Shown here: positions 61,588 to 64,000 of the stretch, in pieces
Position numbering within the stretch: position 1 is the stretch's first letter
Layout: each line of letters starts with the position of its first letter
Assembly (NCBI GenBank): GCA_963924565.1
Contig: OZ004609.1
Location: 29,822,001-29,886,000 of the forward strand
DNA length: 64,000 bases
Direction of reading: 5' to 3'
Source of the DNA: Ascidiella aspersa
Taxonomy: Eukaryota
Program-made: the position numbers and the translations under genes
Notes under the pieces: generated by a model
Databases searched by the model: none
Told to the model about the DNA's origin: nothing
Seen by the model: the letters and a program-made list of their open reading frames with translations, nothing else

Positions 61588-64000
61588 GTTTATAGTGGAT
61601 AATAATTTTTTGTCTAAGAAAATATGGAAAAGTGCCGTTGTACGTCTTATATAATGCTAATTATAAAACAGTGTAAATTCTTTAGTTAAACAAATTAAAA
61701 TTTCTAATTTCTGTAAATTTTTTTTAATGTCTTTAAAAAATGTAATAGTGCGTATCAAAACGTCTCTACAAAGATGAAGTCACACCTATTTTGCTTCGGC
61801 AATAATTTTTAGGCTACATTTTTATAAGTTTTTTTTTTTTTCAAGGATGGCCTAATATAAAAGTTTAATAAGATTTATTTTTAAATGCAGTAACATATAT
61901 GTTTTTCCGTAATTAAACAAGATATAGGTTTCGACAAACATTTAACGGCAAAACAATTTACTTCCAAACATCAGTAGCATGTTTTATTTTCTTAAGAAGT
62001 ATAGCTGTGCGAGTTGGAACTGTAATTGAAAAAACTCCTTGTGAAAACCCGTCGTTTACAAAATCTTTGTGGGACTCTGCAAGACTGGTTTTGGCCATTC
62101 TTACTACAACCATATTTTCAGACAACTGAAAGTTTGGATTTCCTTAGATCCGACTGCGTGTAATGTAAAAAAAACTAGCGAAAACAGAGCTCTGCGCACA
62201 ACTACACATAACTTACACGTGATTAATGACAAAAACTATTAATTAATCGTAATCATAGTCGAAACTTAAAATTTTAATATTGACGTCATTTTATTAAATT
62301 AAAAGCCGTGTACGGTATACAATATACATCAAAGCAAACGTTTCTCTCGACGGTATCATGAAACAGTTTCTTAACGGTAAAGATAAGACATCTGTCTACT
62401 ACACCCAGGGGCGTAGCGTGGGGGGTGTCTAGGAGTCTTGACCACACACTTTGAAACCTCAGTAAACAATTATCACAAAACTAAAACCGTGATTGCTGCA
62501 ATTTTACAGCGGTAACATTGCAACTGGCGTTGAAAACACGCCGGTGCTTATCGCCGCCACCGCCTAATCACCAATTGTTGTCGTTGTTTCATTTAGCAGT
62601 AGGCCTGTCACCAACTTAAGCACTCTTCTTAAACAGGCCTGATAACGAAAATAGATTTTATTGTTGAAATAAACATTCTCAACAACGTAAAAAACAGGCG
62701 CGTAAGGTACAGCAAACGTCTTCACCGCAGGTCGCTCTATTGAATGTTTTTATTAGCCTCAATCTCAAAAAGGAGCGCTTGACCGTCGCATTTTGAAACA
62801 TAGATTAAAACGTCGGGAACCATAGCTTCCCGCTAAACCGATAATAAATGGTCGTCTTACAGTAAGTTCAGTAATAAGTCATGTTTGTGTTTTTCTTGCA
62901 CAGTTTCAGCTGAATAATTTACAAATTATACAGAGTTCAAAAAGGGCGATTTTGAAGCCACGCTTCATACCAACGGCGGAATTAAACTACAAATATCGCC
63001 AAATTCGTTGATAAGCATCGTTCATTTTGCTGACAACAAAGCGCAACAGTTTGTGATTAAAACGCCAAAGAGGCTGTTCAGACACCGCAATTCTAAGAGT
63101 TTCGTGCGCAATTGAAATCACTTGACAATCGGACGTGAATAGCCGACGAGGAGTTGCAATTTTTCGAACGATAAATAGACGACTTTAAACAGCCGTAAGC
63201 TCCTAATAATTGCCATTTTCAATCTTAAAAATGCACGAAACGTAAAATTTTACCGGCTTGAGTTTGTTCACATCACAGCCCCTGGGTGATATCGGTTACT
63301 AATCATGTGGCACAGTGGCGTAACAGGGGGGCTGAGGGTTGTGACCTCCCTTTTTTGTGAGTGATATTATCGTTTTTTGTTCGTTTTGGTCAGGGTTTAG
63401 CAAACTGTCAGTCATGTTTTTAATGTAATTGGGTCACGCGTCTTAAGCTAATGCGTAACCAAAACCTAACGCAAAACTCCCGCTTTTCGTCTTCTTTTGG
63501 TCGACCGTAAAACGCAGTATATTTTTTCACTTTCGTAACTTGTATAGGTTGGCTGATTATCTTGTGTGAATTCGACAATTAACAACGCTAAGTCAAACCG
63601 TCTTTATTTTTTTACGCTAAAAAACGTCGAAGTTAGGCGCAGCTAATATTCCTCGCTGTCAGCTGTCTGATCTTATCGATATTGGTTAACAACGGAATTT
63701 TTTGAACTGAAGCAGATTCTTGATGACTGTCGTGCGCGTTTCGAAGTCGCTATTTTTAAGGTATGATAGTAAACGCAATTTTTTTTCTATAAGCATATAG
63801 ACCACGTATTTAGTGTGCAATTAACGCAACTTTTTTCCCTTAACAGCAGCTGGTATTTTGCTTGACTTGGCACACAGCTCGGGGCAGATGTTGCGCTAAT
63901 CGTGGCACACCAAAACCCGGAAAAACTTAGTTTAGTATTTCTTTTTTAGATTAGTTTAGTATTGCAGGTGGCGAAAGACGTGTCTGTAAGTTAACGCTAG

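Overview
Eukaryotic (metazoan) genomic DNA: AT-rich, gene-dense, GT-AG introns mostly 0.1-2.5 kb, many MITEs. The compact architecture and patchy CpG content resemble an ascidian or other invertebrate chordate (inference, not proven). Genes reconstructed by hand from splice sites and protein motifs: first coding exon of a PDLIM3/ALP-like PDZ-LIM gene (-, continues off the left edge); a complete 10-exon RBM22 (-); intronless SAYSD1 (-), head-to-head with a 3-exon NATD1 (+); a 6-exon multi-pass membrane protein with a TspO-like ITPAGWxF motif (+); two divergently oriented CYP2-clan P450 paralogues; and a 9/10-exon FAM92/CIBAR gene (+). RBM22 intron 4 holds a 5'-truncated Penelope-like retroelement (RT + GIY-YIG) with an inverted terminal 35-mer and a hammerhead-like motif. 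Two other RBM22 introns carry fold-back elements with hammerhead-like cores. Most notable: (i) the P450 pair shares non-canonical heme/I-helix motifs and carries long H-I loop insertions, one His/Asn/Lys-rich and one acidic; (ii) the Penelope/hammerhead remnants in RBM22; (iii) a candidate 3-exon 41-aa microprotein or lncRNA at 58.4-60.7 kb; (iv) an orphan EF-hand-like exon between the P450s. No CRISPR, rRNA or prokaryotic systems were seen. All family assignments come from remembered motifs, not database searches.
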